Part shown: positions 1 to 10,009 of the stretch, piece after piece | Position numbering within the stretch: position 1 is the stretch's first letter | Layout: every line of letters begins with the position of its first letter | NCBI GenBank assembly: GCA_035945115.1 | Contig: DASZAN010000123.1 | Span: forward strand, 28,073-92,072 | Source: Stellaceae bacterium | Lineage (GTDB): Bacteria > Pseudomonadota > Alphaproteobacteria > ATCC43930 > CGMCC-115725 | Direction of reading: 5' to 3' | Length of the DNA stretch: 64,000 bases | Translations under genes and position numbers: made by a program | The notes under the pieces: generated by a model | Told to the model about the DNA's origin: nothing | What the model saw: the letters and a program-made list of their open reading frames with translations, nothing else | Databases searched by the model: none

Positions 1-143
1 GCCGGCATCGGCGGGACTGCCGCGCTCGCTCTTTTGCTTGCTGGTCTTTCGCCCCGCGCGCTTTGCCATCGCCACCCCTCGAGCCGCCACCCTTGTGCCA
101 AAAAGATATGGGATGGGACGCGGCGACGCCAGGCGCGCTTGGG

Positions 144-974
144 CTAGCCGGACAATTCGCGCGAGCGCCGGGCGGCGGCGAGCACGGCGCGGGTGAGGAG
201 CGGCTCAAGCCCGTCCTTCGCCATCAGCACATCGAGGGCGGCCCGCGTGGTGCCGCCGGGGCTGGTGACGTTCTCGCGCAATTGCGCCGCCGTCTCCGGC
301 GAGAGCCGCGCCAGCTCGCCGGCGCCCGTCACCGTCGCCCGCGCCAGACGCGCGGCGAGATCGGTGGGCAAGCCCGCCGCGATGCCGGCCTTGGCGAGGC
401 ATTCAATGAGCAGGAAGACATAGGCGGGACCGCTGCCGGAGACCGCCGTCACCGCGTCGATGAGCGCTTCCTGCTCGACCCAGGCCACCTCGCCGACCGC
501 GGCGAGCAGCCGCTCGGCCACGTCGCGCTGCGCCGGCGTGACGCGGGGACCCGCGCAGGCGACGGAAATGCCGCGCCCGATCGCCGCGGGGGTGTTGGGC
601 ATGCTCCGCACCACGGCCGCCCTATCGCCGAGGGCGCGGGCAAAGAAGCCGAGCGTCTGACCGGCGGCGATCGAGAGCCAGAGGCTGTGGCCACCGGCGA
701 AGCGGCGATAATCGCCGAGCGCCGCCGCCATCACCTGCGGCTTCACTGCGAGCAAGATCGCTTCGGGGACGAGTGCGGGATCGATCGAGGCGGCGGCCGC
801 GAATAGCTCGATACCCGGCCGCGCGCGAAAAACCTCGGCACCCGGACCGGGCTCCACCACGAGATAGCGCTGGGCGACGCCGCGCTCGAGCCAGCCGCTG
901 AGCAGCGCCCCACCCATCTTGCCGCAACCGACGAGAAGCAGCGTCGAAAGCGCCGGCGCCGCCGCTCTGCTCAC
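144..974 (-). CDS. proC: pyrroline-5-carboxylate reductase
   Basis: ORF translation shows the NADP-binding motif LLLVGCGKMGGALL and the ProC C-terminal motif (SPGGTT). A GTG start at 974 was chosen because it overlaps the upstream gene's stop by 4 nt. Confidence 0.85.
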   Translation of the reverse strand: MSRAAAPALSTLLLVGCGKMGGALLSGWLERGVAQRYLVVEPGPGAEVFRARPGIELFAAAASIDPALVPEAILLAVKPQVMAAALGDYRRFAGGHSLWLSIAAGQTLGFFARALGDRAAVVRSMPNTPAAIGRGISVACAGPRVTPAQRDVAERLLAAVGEVAWVEQEALIDAVTAVSGSGPAYVFLLIECLAKAGIAAGLPTDLAARLARATVTGAGELARLSPETAAQLRENVTSPGGTTRAALDVLMAKDGLEPLLTRAVLAAARRSRELSG

Positions 975-1474
975 GCCTCGCCCAGGGGATCGATCATCGC
1001 CGCGGCAAGCGCTTCCTCGGCCGCCTTTCCGCCCCAGACCACGAGCTGGAAGGCGGGAAAGAAGCGCTCGCATTCGGTGACGGCGATGTCGACGAGATCC
1101 TCGATTTGCTCGACGCAGGCGCCGGTCGCGCCCCGGAGCAGCACGCCCTGACGGAAGGAGGGCGACGAATCCCGCGGCGAGAGATCGAAATGGCCAAGCC
1201 AGAGCCGCTCATTGACGACGGCGAGGAGTTCGAACACGGCGCCCCGCCGCGGCTTCGGCACCTTCATCTCGAAGCCGCAGGAGAAATGGAGCGCGCTCAC
1301 TTCACGCTGCCAGACGAAAAGGAGTCGGTAGTCGCACCAGCGGCCGCCGATCTCCACCACCATTTCCTCGTCGCTGGCGCGGTCGTGCGCCCACTCATTC
1401 GCCTGCACGATTTCCTCGACGAGGTCGATGGGATTGGCGGCGAGGGTTGAGGTTTCCAGCGACAACGACGTCAT
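971..1474 (-). CDS. YbjN-domain protein (putative sensory transduction regulator)
   Basis: Translation from MTSLSLETSTLAANPIDLVEEIVQANEW resembles the YbjN family. There is an ATG at 1474, and the gene overlaps proC by 4 nt in an operon-like arrangement. Confidence 0.6.
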   Translation of the reverse strand: MTSLSLETSTLAANPIDLVEEIVQANEWAHDRASDEEMVVEIGGRWCDYRLLFVWQREVSALHFSCGFEMKVPKPRRGAVFELLAVVNERLWLGHFDLSPRDSSPSFRQGVLLRGATGACVEQIEDLVDIAVTECERFFPAFQLVVWGGKAAEEALAAAMIDPLGEA

Positions 1475-1579
1475 CGGCCCTCCCTGCGGGCGCCGGGCGG
1501 GACGGATGTCTTGTGGGCACTTCCCCGGTTCACCACAACATCTAGCATGCCAAACCCGGGGCGCGGACACAAGCGGTTG

Positions 1580-1900
1580 TTAGGCCGGCGGCGCGCCGGG
1601 ATCGGCCGACTTGCTCTTGCGCGTCCGAGACGGCGCCTCCCCCTTCGCCTCCTGCTCGGCGAGCTTCGCCTCGAGCGCGGCGACGCGGGCCTCGAGCGCC
1701 TCCTGGGCCGCACGCGCATTGGCCGCCATCGCCTGGACCGCGTCGAATTCCTCGCGCCGCACCAGGTTCATGCGGCCAAGGATGCGCTCGAATTGCTCGC
1801 GCATGCGCGTCTCGACCTCATCGCGCACGCCCGTCAAGGCGCCAAGCGCGCCGCTCGCCACGCGCGCGAGATCGTCGAGCAAGCGGTTTTCCGAGGACAT
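1580..1900 (-). CDS. ubiK: ubiquinone biosynthesis accessory factor UbiK / BMFP family
   Basis: A 106-aa coiled-coil protein (LLDDLARVASGALGALTGVRDEVE...) typical of the YqiC/UbiK family. Confidence 0.6.
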   Translation of the reverse strand: MSSENRLLDDLARVASGALGALTGVRDEVETRMREQFERILGRMNLVRREEFDAVQAMAANARAAQEALEARVAALEAKLAEQEAKGEAPSRTRKSKSADPGAPPA

Positions 1901-2110
1901 GGGCTAACTCCTCATCTGCTGCGGCGAGGCGGCAAAACGTTGCCGAAAGCTCGATGATCAGCAATATGTACATCCGCCGGAGCAAAATCGAGAGCAGTCC
2001 GGCGCAATGAAATGCTGCACGCCTGTGGTGCGACCTTGATGCAGCTGCCCGCACAAGCGGCTTTGCGCCCCGAACGGCAGCGCTTATAAACAGCGCGGCA
2101 GCGGAGGGCG

Positions 2111-3103
2111 ATGTTCGTGATCGTCATCACGGGGGGCGCGGGGTTCATCGGGTCCAATCTCGTGGCGGCGCTCGAAGAGCGCGGCGAGCGCGATCTCGTC
2201 GTCTGCGATCGCCTCGGCAGCGACGGCAAATGGCGCAATATCGGCAAGCGCGAGCTTGCCGCCATCGTGCCGCCCGAGGCGCTCCTCGATTTTCTCGATG
2301 AGCGCGGCCGCGAGATCGACATCCTCTTTCATCTGGGCGCCATCTCCTCGACGACGGAGAGGGACGCCGACCTCATCGCCGCCACCAACTTCACGCTGTC
2401 GCAACGCCTCTGGGAGTGGGCCGCGGCGAGCGAGACGCGTTTCATCTATGCCTCCTCCGCCGCCACCTACGGCGACGGCGAGGCGGGATTCGACGATGAC
2501 GTCGCGGCGACGGCGCTCGCGCGCTTGCGGCCGCTCAACGCCTATGGCTGGTCGAAGCATCTCTTCGATCGCCGCGTCGCGCGGCTCCTCGAGCACCACG
2601 GGCAACGGCCGGCGCAATGGGCAGGCCTCAAATTCTTCAATGTCTACGGGCCCAACGAGTATCACAAGGGCGCCATGCAAAGCGTCGCCGTGCAGATTTA
2701 CCGCCGCGCCGCCAACGGCGACGCGGCGCGGCTCTTCCGCTCGCATCGCGACGGCATTCCCGACGGCGGCCAGAAACGCGATTTCGTTTATGTCCGGGAC
2801 GCCGTCGACATGATGCTCTGGGTTTACGACCATCCCGCGGTGAACGGGCTCTTCAACATCGGCAGCGGCGCGGCGCGGAGCTTCGCCGATCTCGCTGCCG
2901 CGGTGTTCCGCGCGATGGGGCACGCGCCGCGCATCGACTATGTCGACACACCCGTCGAGATTCGCGACAAGTATCAATACTTCACCGAAGCGCGGATGGA
3001 CCGCTTGCGCGCCGCCGGATACGACAAGCCCGCGACCTCGCTCGAAGACGGTGTCGCCGACTATGTGACGCGCTATCTCGCCGCGGCCGATCCTTATCGC
3101 TGA
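2111..3103 (+). CDS. hldD: ADP-L-glycero-D-manno-heptose-6-epimerase
   Basis: The N-terminal GGAGFIGSNLV Rossmann motif and overall similarity to the RfaD/HldD epimerase family; 330 aa. Confidence 0.8.
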   Translation: MFVIVITGGAGFIGSNLVAALEERGERDLVVCDRLGSDGKWRNIGKRELAAIVPPEALLDFLDERGREIDILFHLGAISSTTERDADLIAATNFTLSQRLWEWAAASETRFIYASSAATYGDGEAGFDDDVAATALARLRPLNAYGWSKHLFDRRVARLLEHHGQRPAQWAGLKFFNVYGPNEYHKGAMQSVAVQIYRRAANGDAARLFRSHRDGIPDGGQKRDFVYVRDAVDMMLWVYDHPAVNGLFNIGSGAARSFADLAAAVFRAMGHAPRIDYVDTPVEIRDKYQYFTEARMDRLRAAGYDKPATSLEDGVADYVTRYLAAADPYR

Positions 3104-3105
3104 GA

Positions 3106-3951
3106 ATGCTGGCGCCGATGCTGCTCATTCCCTTTCCGAACATCCATCCCGAGATCTTCTCGATCGGGCCGTTTCATCTCGACGGCTGGACGCTCGGGCC
3201 CTTCGCCATCCGCTGGTACGCACTCGCCTACATCGCCGGCCTCATCATCGGCTGGCGCTACTGCCTGGCGCTTGCCAGGCGGCCGCCACAAATCGCCAAG
3301 GCGCAGGACATCGACGATTTCCTGGTGTGGGCGACGATCGGCGTCGTGCTCGGCGGCCGCATCGGCTATGTGCTCTTCTACGACCCGCTGCGCTATCTCG
3401 CCGAGCCCGCCGAGATCATCAAGCTGTGGCATGGCGGCATGTCCTTCCATGGCGGCGCGCTCGGCGTCTGCGTCGCGATCTTCCTCTTCTGCCGACAGCG
3501 CCAGATCGCCTTGCTGGGTTTTGCCGACATCATCGCCTGTGCCGTGCCGATCGGCCTCTTCTTCGGGCGCATCGCCAATTTCATCAATGGCGAGCTCTGG
3601 GGGCGGCCGACCGATGTCGATTGGGCGATGATCTTTCCCGGCGATCCCGACCATCTGCCGCGCCATCCGAGCCAGCTTTATGAAGCCTTCCTCGAAGGCA
3701 TCGTGCTCTTCCTGCTGATCTGGGTCTTGCAACGCTTCTTCGCCGGGCGGCGGCGGCAGGGCTTGCTCACCGGCACCTTCCTCGCCGGCTACGGCATCGC
3801 GCGCATCATCGTCGAATTCTTCCGACAGCCGGACGCGCAGCTGGGATTTCTCTTCGCCGGCGCGACCATGGGTCAGCTGCTGTCGCTCCCGCTGGTCGTC
3901 GTCGGCCTCTGGCTGGTGCTGCGCGCGAAGCCGGCGCCGGCGCGGGCGTGA
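3106..3951 (+). CDS. lgt: prolipoprotein diacylglyceryl transferase
   Basis: A multi-TM protein with Lgt signature regions (FHGGALG, GRIANFINGELWGRPT). The start was re-set to the ATG at 3106, 3 nt after the hldD stop. Confidence 0.85.
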   Translation: MLAPMLLIPFPNIHPEIFSIGPFHLDGWTLGPFAIRWYALAYIAGLIIGWRYCLALARRPPQIAKAQDIDDFLVWATIGVVLGGRIGYVLFYDPLRYLAEPAEIIKLWHGGMSFHGGALGVCVAIFLFCRQRQIALLGFADIIACAVPIGLFFGRIANFINGELWGRPTDVDWAMIFPGDPDHLPRHPSQLYEAFLEGIVLFLLIWVLQRFFAGRRRQGLLTGTFLAGYGIARIIVEFFRQPDAQLGFLFAGATMGQLLSLPLVVVGLWLVLRAKPAPARA

Positions 3952-5048
3952 ATGAGCTCACGCGTCTGTTGGCGCGCCGCATCCGCGCGACGGGGCCGTT
4001 GAGCATCGCCGAGTACATGACGGAGGCCCTCCACCATCCGACGCTCGGCTACTACGCCCGGCGGGATCCGATCGGCCGCGCCGGCGACTTCATCACCGCG
4101 CCCGAGGTGAGCCAGATCTTCGGTGAGCTCTTGGGGCTCTGGTGCGCCGACGTCTGGGAGCGGATGGGCCGCCCCGATCCGGTCATCCTCGCCGAACTCG
4201 GCCCCGGACACGGCAGCTTGATGGCGGACGCGCTCCGCGCGCTCCGCGTGGCGCCGCACTTCCGCCGGGCGCTGCGGCTTCACCTCGTCGAGGCGAGCGC
4301 GATGTTGCGCCGCCGGCAGGCGGAAAAGCTCGGTGGCGCCGAGCCCGTCTGGCATGACGATCTTACGCGCCTTCCCGACGGACCGCTCATCTTGATCGCG
4401 AACGAGTTCCTCGACGCGCTGCCGATCCGGCAATTCGTGCGCGGCGCATCGGGTTGGCACGAGCGGCGCGTGGTGCTCGCCGAGGACGGCGAGCGCCTGG
4501 CCTTCGCGGTCGATAGCGCGCCGAGCCTCGCGCCGGCGCTCGCCCCGCCGGCCCTGCAATCGGCCCCGCCCGGCAGCATCTGGGAGATATGCCCGGCGGC
4601 GACGACGATGGGCGCCACCCCCGGCGCACGATTGAAGGGGCAAGGCGGAGTCGCGCTCTTCATCGATTACGGCTATGTCGCGAACGCCGGCGGCGACACG
4701 CTACAAGCGCTGAAGCAGCATCGACGCCACGACGTGCTCGCGGATCCCGGCGACGCCGATCTCACCGCCCATGTCGACTTCGCCGCCGTCGCCGCCGCCG
4801 CGGTCCAAGCCGGCGCGCGCGCCTTCGGCCCCGTGAGCCAAGCCGCATTTTTGAGGGCGCTCGGGGCGAAGGAACGCGCGGCGCAATTGCGTAAGCAGGC
4901 AACGCCGGCTCAAGCGGCGGCGATCGAGAGCGGGTGTCGTCGCTTGTTAGACGAGAACGAGATGGGCACGCTCTTCAAGGCCCTCGCCATCGTCGATCCC
5001 AAGCTCGGCGTACCCGCGGGCTTCACGGAGGAAAGACCGCCGTGCTGA
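3948..5048 (+). CDS. class I SAM-dependent methyltransferase, MidA/NDUFAF7 family (DUF185)
   Basis: LGYYARRDPIGRAGDFITAPEVSQIFGELLGLW is the characteristic MidA N-terminus. The gene overlaps the lgt stop. Confidence 0.75.
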   Translation: MNELTRLLARRIRATGPLSIAEYMTEALHHPTLGYYARRDPIGRAGDFITAPEVSQIFGELLGLWCADVWERMGRPDPVILAELGPGHGSLMADALRALRVAPHFRRALRLHLVEASAMLRRRQAEKLGGAEPVWHDDLTRLPDGPLILIANEFLDALPIRQFVRGASGWHERRVVLAEDGERLAFAVDSAPSLAPALAPPALQSAPPGSIWEICPAATTMGATPGARLKGQGGVALFIDYGYVANAGGDTLQALKQHRRHDVLADPGDADLTAHVDFAAVAAAAVQAGARAFGPVSQAAFLRALGAKERAAQLRKQATPAQAAAIESGCRRLLDENEMGTLFKALAIVDPKLGVPAGFTEERPPC

Positions 5049-5054
5049 ACCGCA

Positions 5055-5160
5055 CTTTTCCAGATCGCGTGTGCCGCCCCCTCCCACCCCCAGGGAGAAG
5101 AGAGGGAAAGAAAAGCACCCGCGCGTCCCCTCTCCCCTTGTAGGAGAGGGACAGGGTGAG
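5055..5160. repeat. G/C-rich palindromic REP-like element (cccctc...gagggg motifs)
   Basis: ccccctcccacccccagggagaagagagggaaag ... cccctctccccttgtaggagagggacagggtgagggg. Confidence 0.5.
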
Positions 5161-5953
5161 GGGACGTCGCGTGCTCACATCGTCAGAATGTTTGCGCGCG
5201 ACCGCGCTCGACCTTCCCATCATCCGCCATGGCTTTTTCACGCGGCAAGGCGGCGTCAGCGAGGGGATTTTCGCCTCGCTTAATTGCGGCTTCGGCTCGA
5301 GCGATGACGCCGCGAAGGTGGCGGAAAATCGTGTCCGCGCGATGGCCGTGCTCGGCCTCAGCGGCGATCGTCTCGCCACCTGCTATCAGGTGCACAGCGC
5401 CGAGGTGGTCGTCGTCGATCGCCCCTGGCCGCGCGACCAACGACCACGCGCGGACGCCATGGTGACGCGCACGCCCGAGATCGCCCTCGGCATTCTCACC
5501 GCCGATTGCGCGCCGGTGCTCTTCGCCGATGCCGAAGCGCGCGTCATCGGTGCCGCCCATGCCGGCTGGCGCGGCGCGCTCTCGGGCGTGCTCGAGGCGA
5601 CGGTCGAGGCGATGAAAAAACTCGGCGCCACGCCGCCGCGCATCCACGCCGCGATCGGCCCGTGCATCGGTTGGAATTCCTACGAGGTGGGCCCAGAATT
5701 TCCCGCGCCGTTCCTCGCCGAGAATGCCGCCAATGCCTCTTTCTTCCGTCCCGCGCCGCGCGAAGGTCACTTCCTCTTCGATCTCGCTGGTTACGGCGCG
5801 GCGCGTCTCAAGCGGCTCGGTCTCGCGCCGATCGAAACGATTCCCGGCAATACCGCTGCCGAGGCGGCGCGGTTTTTCTCCTATCGCCGCTCCTGTCGCC
5901 GGAAAGAGCCGGACTACGGCCGCGAGCTCTCGGCGATCGCGCTCGCGCCTTGA
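5156..5953 (+). CDS. pgeF: peptidoglycan editing factor PgeF (YfiH/laccase-domain purine nucleoside phosphorylase)
   Basis: The Cu-oxidase_4 family motifs HGFFTRQGG, LTADCAPVLF and HAGWRG are present. Confidence 0.8.
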   Translation: MRGRRVLTSSECLRATALDLPIIRHGFFTRQGGVSEGIFASLNCGFGSSDDAAKVAENRVRAMAVLGLSGDRLATCYQVHSAEVVVVDRPWPRDQRPRADAMVTRTPEIALGILTADCAPVLFADAEARVIGAAHAGWRGALSGVLEATVEAMKKLGATPPRIHAAIGPCIGWNSYEVGPEFPAPFLAENAANASFFRPAPREGHFLFDLAGYGAARLKRLGLAPIETIPGNTAAEAARFFSYRRSCRRKEPDYGRELSAIALAP

Positions 5954-6226
5954 GCGGAGCTTCGTCCGCCTGCTCGCGCGTTACGATCAGCAACGTGAAT
6001 TCGATGAGCGAAGCAAAATTGCGGGCGCACGCGAAGTCGCATGCAGGCTGTTAACAATTGAGCTTTACGTTTGCCGGATGACCTCGGGGCGGACGGATTG
6101 ACCGCATTCGGGGCACACACCTTGCGCTTGCGGTCGCTGCGCAGTCGCTCCAGCGCCGTCCTCGCCCCCGTCGCCATGCGCTCGCGCTCGCGGACCCTAT
6201 AACCGCACAAAATTGACGCGGGAGAC

Positions 6227-6502
6227 ATGAACATGAGCGTAGCCGACAACGCCATCGCGGAAGACCGAGCCGGGATCGTCACGCAGTTCGACGTGCCGGG
6301 CAATGGAATGCAATTTTTCGGCATAATGATCATGCTCTTGGCCGTTGCCGTTTTCCCGCCAGCCTGGTTCATGATCCACGGCGACGAGGGCGCGGTCGTC
6401 ACATCCGCGTTCCTGACATGGACCGTGATGTTCCTATCAGGCGCGGTCTTTTTCGGCTGCGGCAAGATCGTCACGCAGATTTGGCGGGCGACCACGTCGT
6501 AG
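6227..6502 (+). CDS. hypothetical small membrane protein
   Basis: A 91-aa ORF in an otherwise empty intergenic region, with two predicted hydrophobic helices. No recognisable family. Confidence 0.35.
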   Translation: MNMSVADNAIAEDRAGIVTQFDVPGNGMQFFGIMIMLLAVAVFPPAWFMIHGDEGAVVTSAFLTWTVMFLSGAVFFGCGKIVTQIWRATTS

Positions 6503-6624
6503 CCTATCGCCGCACACCCCCCGTGCCTCGTTCTACAGAGGCGCGGCCCCACCTCAGAACGGCCGCGCCTCTTCCTCTGCTCTGATCAGCGGCGTGAGGG
6601 GGTAAACCATCACGCTCCTGGGCT

Positions 6625-7407
6625 TTAAGCCTCGCGCCGGAACGGATTGCGCAAGACGCCGATGCCGGTGATCTCGATCTCGACCACGTCGCCGGATTGG
6701 AGGTTCGGCGAGGTGCCGTCGGTGCCCATCCAGACGACATCGCCGGGGTAGAGCGTGAGATAGCGGCTCATCGCGCTGAGATATCGCGCGACGCCGAACA
6801 ACATCGCGTTCGTGGGAAAGCGCAGCGTCTCCTCGCCGTTGACGCGGACGATGGTCTGGAGGTCGTCGAGATCGACCTCGGTCTCGATCCACGGACCCAT
6901 CGGCTTGAAGGTGTCGGTGTTCTTGGCCCGCCACAGCGTGCGATCCGAGCGCTGCCAGGTGCGTTCGCTGACATCGTTGCCGATGGTGTAGCCGAGCACG
7001 CATGAGAGTGCGTCCGCCTCGGAGAGATGCTTTGCCTTCTTGCCGATCACGACCACCAACTCGCCTTCGTACTGAACCTTGTCGCTCGCATCGCGCGGGA
7101 TGATGACGGTCTCGCCGGCGGCGATGAGCGCGTTGTTGGCGCGGTAACCGATATCGGGTTGCTTCGGCAGCTCCGGCGGCACGCCACGCTTCCGCGCCTG
7201 CTCGAGTACGTGGGCGCTGTAATTGAGCCCGGCGCAATAGAAGGTGCGGGGGATGACGGGCACCTCAATCTTGACGCCGGCGAGCGCGTGGCTCCTCGAC
7301 GTCCGCGCGTAGCCGGCGAAGGGATCGCCTGCCACTTCGGCGATGCGCTCGCCTTCGAGGATGCCATAGGCGGTCTTGCTGTTCGCGGTGAATCGGATCC
7401 AGCGCAT
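6625..7407 (-). CDS. fumarylacetoacetate hydrolase (FAH) family protein
   Basis: FAH-fold signature (GLNYSAH, GELVVVIGKK, GTDGTSP). The start was set at MRWIRF. Confidence 0.8.
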   Translation of the reverse strand: MRWIRFTANSKTAYGILEGERIAEVAGDPFAGYARTSRSHALAGVKIEVPVIPRTFYCAGLNYSAHVLEQARKRGVPPELPKQPDIGYRANNALIAAGETVIIPRDASDKVQYEGELVVVIGKKAKHLSEADALSCVLGYTIGNDVSERTWQRSDRTLWRAKNTDTFKPMGPWIETEVDLDDLQTIVRVNGEETLRFPTNAMLFGVARYLSAMSRYLTLYPGDVVWMGTDGTSPNLQSGDVVEIEITGIGVLRNPFRREA

Positions 7408-7467
7408 GATCACCACCTCGTGCGCCGATGGTAGCGCATCTTAGCGGCAGCGACAGCGCATGCCGGT

Positions 7468-8685
7468 TTATGGCGGGTTCGACGAGGTCGCGCTCAACAA
7501 CCCCGCGAGCCGCGCGATGCCCTCGCCGATCGTCGCTTCGTCGGCGCGGGAGAAGCTGAGGCGGAGCGTGTTGGCACCGCTGCCGTCGGCGTGAAAGGCG
7601 CGGCCGGGGACGAAGGCGACGCGGGCTTCTTTGACGGCGCGCTCAAGCAGCTGCGCGGCATCGATCTCCGCCGGCAAGGTGAGCCAGAGGAACATGCCGC
7701 CTTGGGGCTTCGTCCATTGCACACCCGGCGGCATCTCGGCGGCGAGCGCTTGCAGCATGGCGTCGCGGCGCGCGCGGTAGGTGGCGCGAATGGGCGCAAT
7801 ATGCGCCGGCAGCACCTCTTGCACCACCTCGTGCATCACCATCTGGCTCAGCGTGGGCGTGTGGAGATCGCTTGCCTGCTTGATGAGGACGAGCCGGCGG
7901 ATCACCGGCAGCGGCGCCGCCACCCAGCCGAGGCGCAAGCCCGGCACCACCGTCTTCGAAAACGTGCCGCAATAAAGGACGCGGCCTTGATCGATGCCGC
8001 CCCTGCGCGCTGCCTCGAGCGCGAGGAGCGCCGGAACCGCGGTGCCGTCGTAGCGAAGCGCTTCGTAGGCGGCGTCCTCGATCACCGGCACGTCGGCGGT
8101 CGCGAGCGCATCGAGCAGCGCCCGGCGCTCCGCGGCATCCAGACTCTCGCCGGTGGGATTGGCGAAGCTCGGCATGACATAAGCGAGCGCGGTGCGGCCG
8201 CGGCCGCTCGTCACCGGCGCCGGCCGATTGTCGCCGCGCCGCGGCAGGGGTGCATAGACGGGCTCGTAAGCGCTCATCGCCTGCAGCGCGCCAAGGTATG
8301 TGGGACGCGCCACCAGCACGGTGTCGCCAGCGCCGATGAAGAGCTTGGCGATGAAGTCGAGCGCCTGTTGCGAGCCGCTGGTGATGAAGATGTGCTCGAC
8401 GGTGCACGGCGCGCCGAGCGTGGTCATGTATTGGGCGATCCATTCGCGGAGCGGCCGATAGCCTTCGCTCGGCGAATATTGCAGTGCCGCCGCGGCGCGT
8501 TCGGACTCGCCGAGAATACGGTGATGAGCGGCCGCGATGGCTGGCACCGGAAAGAGCGCGGGATCGGGAATGCCGCCGGCAAAGGAAATGATGTCGGGCT
8601 GGTCGAGCAGCTTCAGCAGCTCGCGGATTTCCGAGGCGACCATGCCGCGCGCGCGGGCGGCGTAACGTTGCTCCCAAGCGGTCAT
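7468..8685 (-). CDS. PLP-dependent aminotransferase (class I/II, AAT-like)
   Basis: Sequence SEGYRPLREWIAQYM ... SFSKTVVPGLRLGWVAAP gives a PLP-binding lysine context. The start is at MTAWEQRYA. Confidence 0.75.
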   Translation of the reverse strand: MTAWEQRYAARARGMVASEIRELLKLLDQPDIISFAGGIPDPALFPVPAIAAAHHRILGESERAAAALQYSPSEGYRPLREWIAQYMTTLGAPCTVEHIFITSGSQQALDFIAKLFIGAGDTVLVARPTYLGALQAMSAYEPVYAPLPRRGDNRPAPVTSGRGRTALAYVMPSFANPTGESLDAAERRALLDALATADVPVIEDAAYEALRYDGTAVPALLALEAARRGGIDQGRVLYCGTFSKTVVPGLRLGWVAAPLPVIRRLVLIKQASDLHTPTLSQMVMHEVVQEVLPAHIAPIRATYRARRDAMLQALAAEMPPGVQWTKPQGGMFLWLTLPAEIDAAQLLERAVKEARVAFVPGRAFHADGSGANTLRLSFSRADEATIGEGIARLAGLLSATSSNPP

Positions 8686-8868
8686 GAGCGCCCCCCAGCA
8701 AAATTGAGACAATATTATTGACCTATTTTGCCGCTCCGGGCAAGGTGAATTGCGGGCGCGAGCGCACCCCTCCTATGATCCCGCGTCCATCGCCATGCCT
8801 TACCTCATCGCCTTCATCATCCTCTTCCTGCTGGGGCTGCTGGTTGCCTGTGTCGTCTCTTAAGCGTC

Positions 8869-9035
8869 CTACGCGAGGAAATTCCTCCTCCCCCCTTGAG
8901 GGGGAGGATGCCCGAGGGCCAGTGGCCCTCGGGCAGGAGGGGGGACTGCGCGAAGCGCCTGAAGACTCCCCTTCGACGAGACATCGGCTGCGCCCCCCCT
9001 CCCTACCCGCCCCCTCAAGGGGGGAGGGGCGTGCG
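8869..9035. repeat. cluster of G/C-rich palindromic REP-like elements (ctccccccttgagggggag; tgcccgagggccagtggccctcgggca; ccccctcaaggggggagggg)
   Basis: Several perfect palindromes between the aminotransferase gene and the lipoprotein gene. Confidence 0.55.
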
Positions 9036-9038
9036 AAG

Positions 9039-9890
9039 TTGCAGGGGCTCGCGCTCGCGATGCTCGCGCTCGCCGCCTGTCAGCCGCTGCCGCATCCCTT
9101 TGCCGATCAGGCGCCGCCGCCGCATGCGGCGATCCTCTCGCCGCGCGACAGCGCCGGGATTCACGTGGAGCGCATCGCCGGCGTTCCCGCGGCGTTTTCG
9201 GACGCGCTTGCCGAATCGCTCGCCGCCGCTCTGCGCGATGCCGAGATTCCCGCGAGCACGGCGGGGGCCAACAAGGCGAGCTATCGCGTCCTGGGCGTCG
9301 CCCATCCCGCTCGTTTTGCCGACGGGCGCGAGGCGATTGCGGTCGATTGGGAACTGCGCGGCCCCAATGAGCGAAGCCTTGGCCATGCGACGGCAGGGAT
9401 TCCCGCCGCCGACTTGTTGGCGGCGACCCAAGAGACTGCCGCCCACGCGCTCGCCGAGCAGGCGGCGCCCGTTATCGCTCGCCTCGTCCAAGAGGAGCCG
9501 CCCGCCGAGGTGGGGGAGCCACGGCTTGCCATCCAGGCGGTGAGCGGCGCGCCCGGCGACGGCGACCGGGCGCTCGCCCGCGCCATCGACGGCGCGCTCC
9601 GCCGCGTCCATGTGCCGCTCGTCGAGAAGCCGGCGGACCAGGCGAGCTTCGTCCTCGCCGGCACGGTCGCCGTGTCGCCGCCGCAAGGGGGAAAGCAGCA
9701 GGTGAGCGTCCGCTGGGCGCTGCTCCGCCCGGACGGCAAGGAAATCGGCAAGATCGACCAGCAGAACGCGGTTCCGGCCGGCAGCCTCGATCATGCCTGG
9801 GGCGACATCGCCTATGCCGTGGCGGAGGCGGCGGCGCCCGGGGTGGCGGCGCTCATCGAGAAGGCAAAGGCGGCGGAAACCGGCTCCTGA
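9039..9890 (+). CDS. hypothetical lipoprotein (two internal repeat halves)
   Basis: Lipobox [11 protein letters not shown] immediately after the REP-like repeats. The start is uncertain (TTG at 9039 or ATG at 9060). No family recognised. Confidence 0.45.
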   Translation: MQGLALAMLALAACQPLPHPFADQAPPPHAAILSPRDSAGIHVERIAGVPAAFSDALAESLAAALRDAEIPASTAGANKASYRVLGVAHPARFADGREAIAVDWELRGPNERSLGHATAGIPAADLLAATQETAAHALAEQAAPVIARLVQEEPPAEVGEPRLAIQAVSGAPGDGDRALARAIDGALRRVHVPLVEKPADQASFVLAGTVAVSPPQGGKQQVSVRWALLRPDGKEIGKIDQQNAVPAGSLDHAWGDIAYAVAEAAAPGVAALIEKAKAAETGS

Positions 9891-10009
9891 GCCGCCCTGC
9901 AAGGGCGTTTACAGCACAAGACATGCTTGTTACAGTCGCGCCCGCTCGGCACGGGGGTCCTCGGCGGGCTCTTTGGGGCGCAGCACCCGCAGACCGGCGA
10001 AGCGTTCGG

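Noticed and set aside
63-806. 247-aa plus-strand ORF overlapping proC
   Set aside because: Lies antisense to a well-supported proC gene. Gly/Arg/Ala-rich translation typical of high-GC antisense frames.
7591-8721. 376-aa plus-strand ORF and 352-aa minus ORF overlapping the aminotransferase gene
   Set aside because: Alternative frames of the same GC-rich region. Only the 7468-8685 frame yields a recognisable PLP-aminotransferase.
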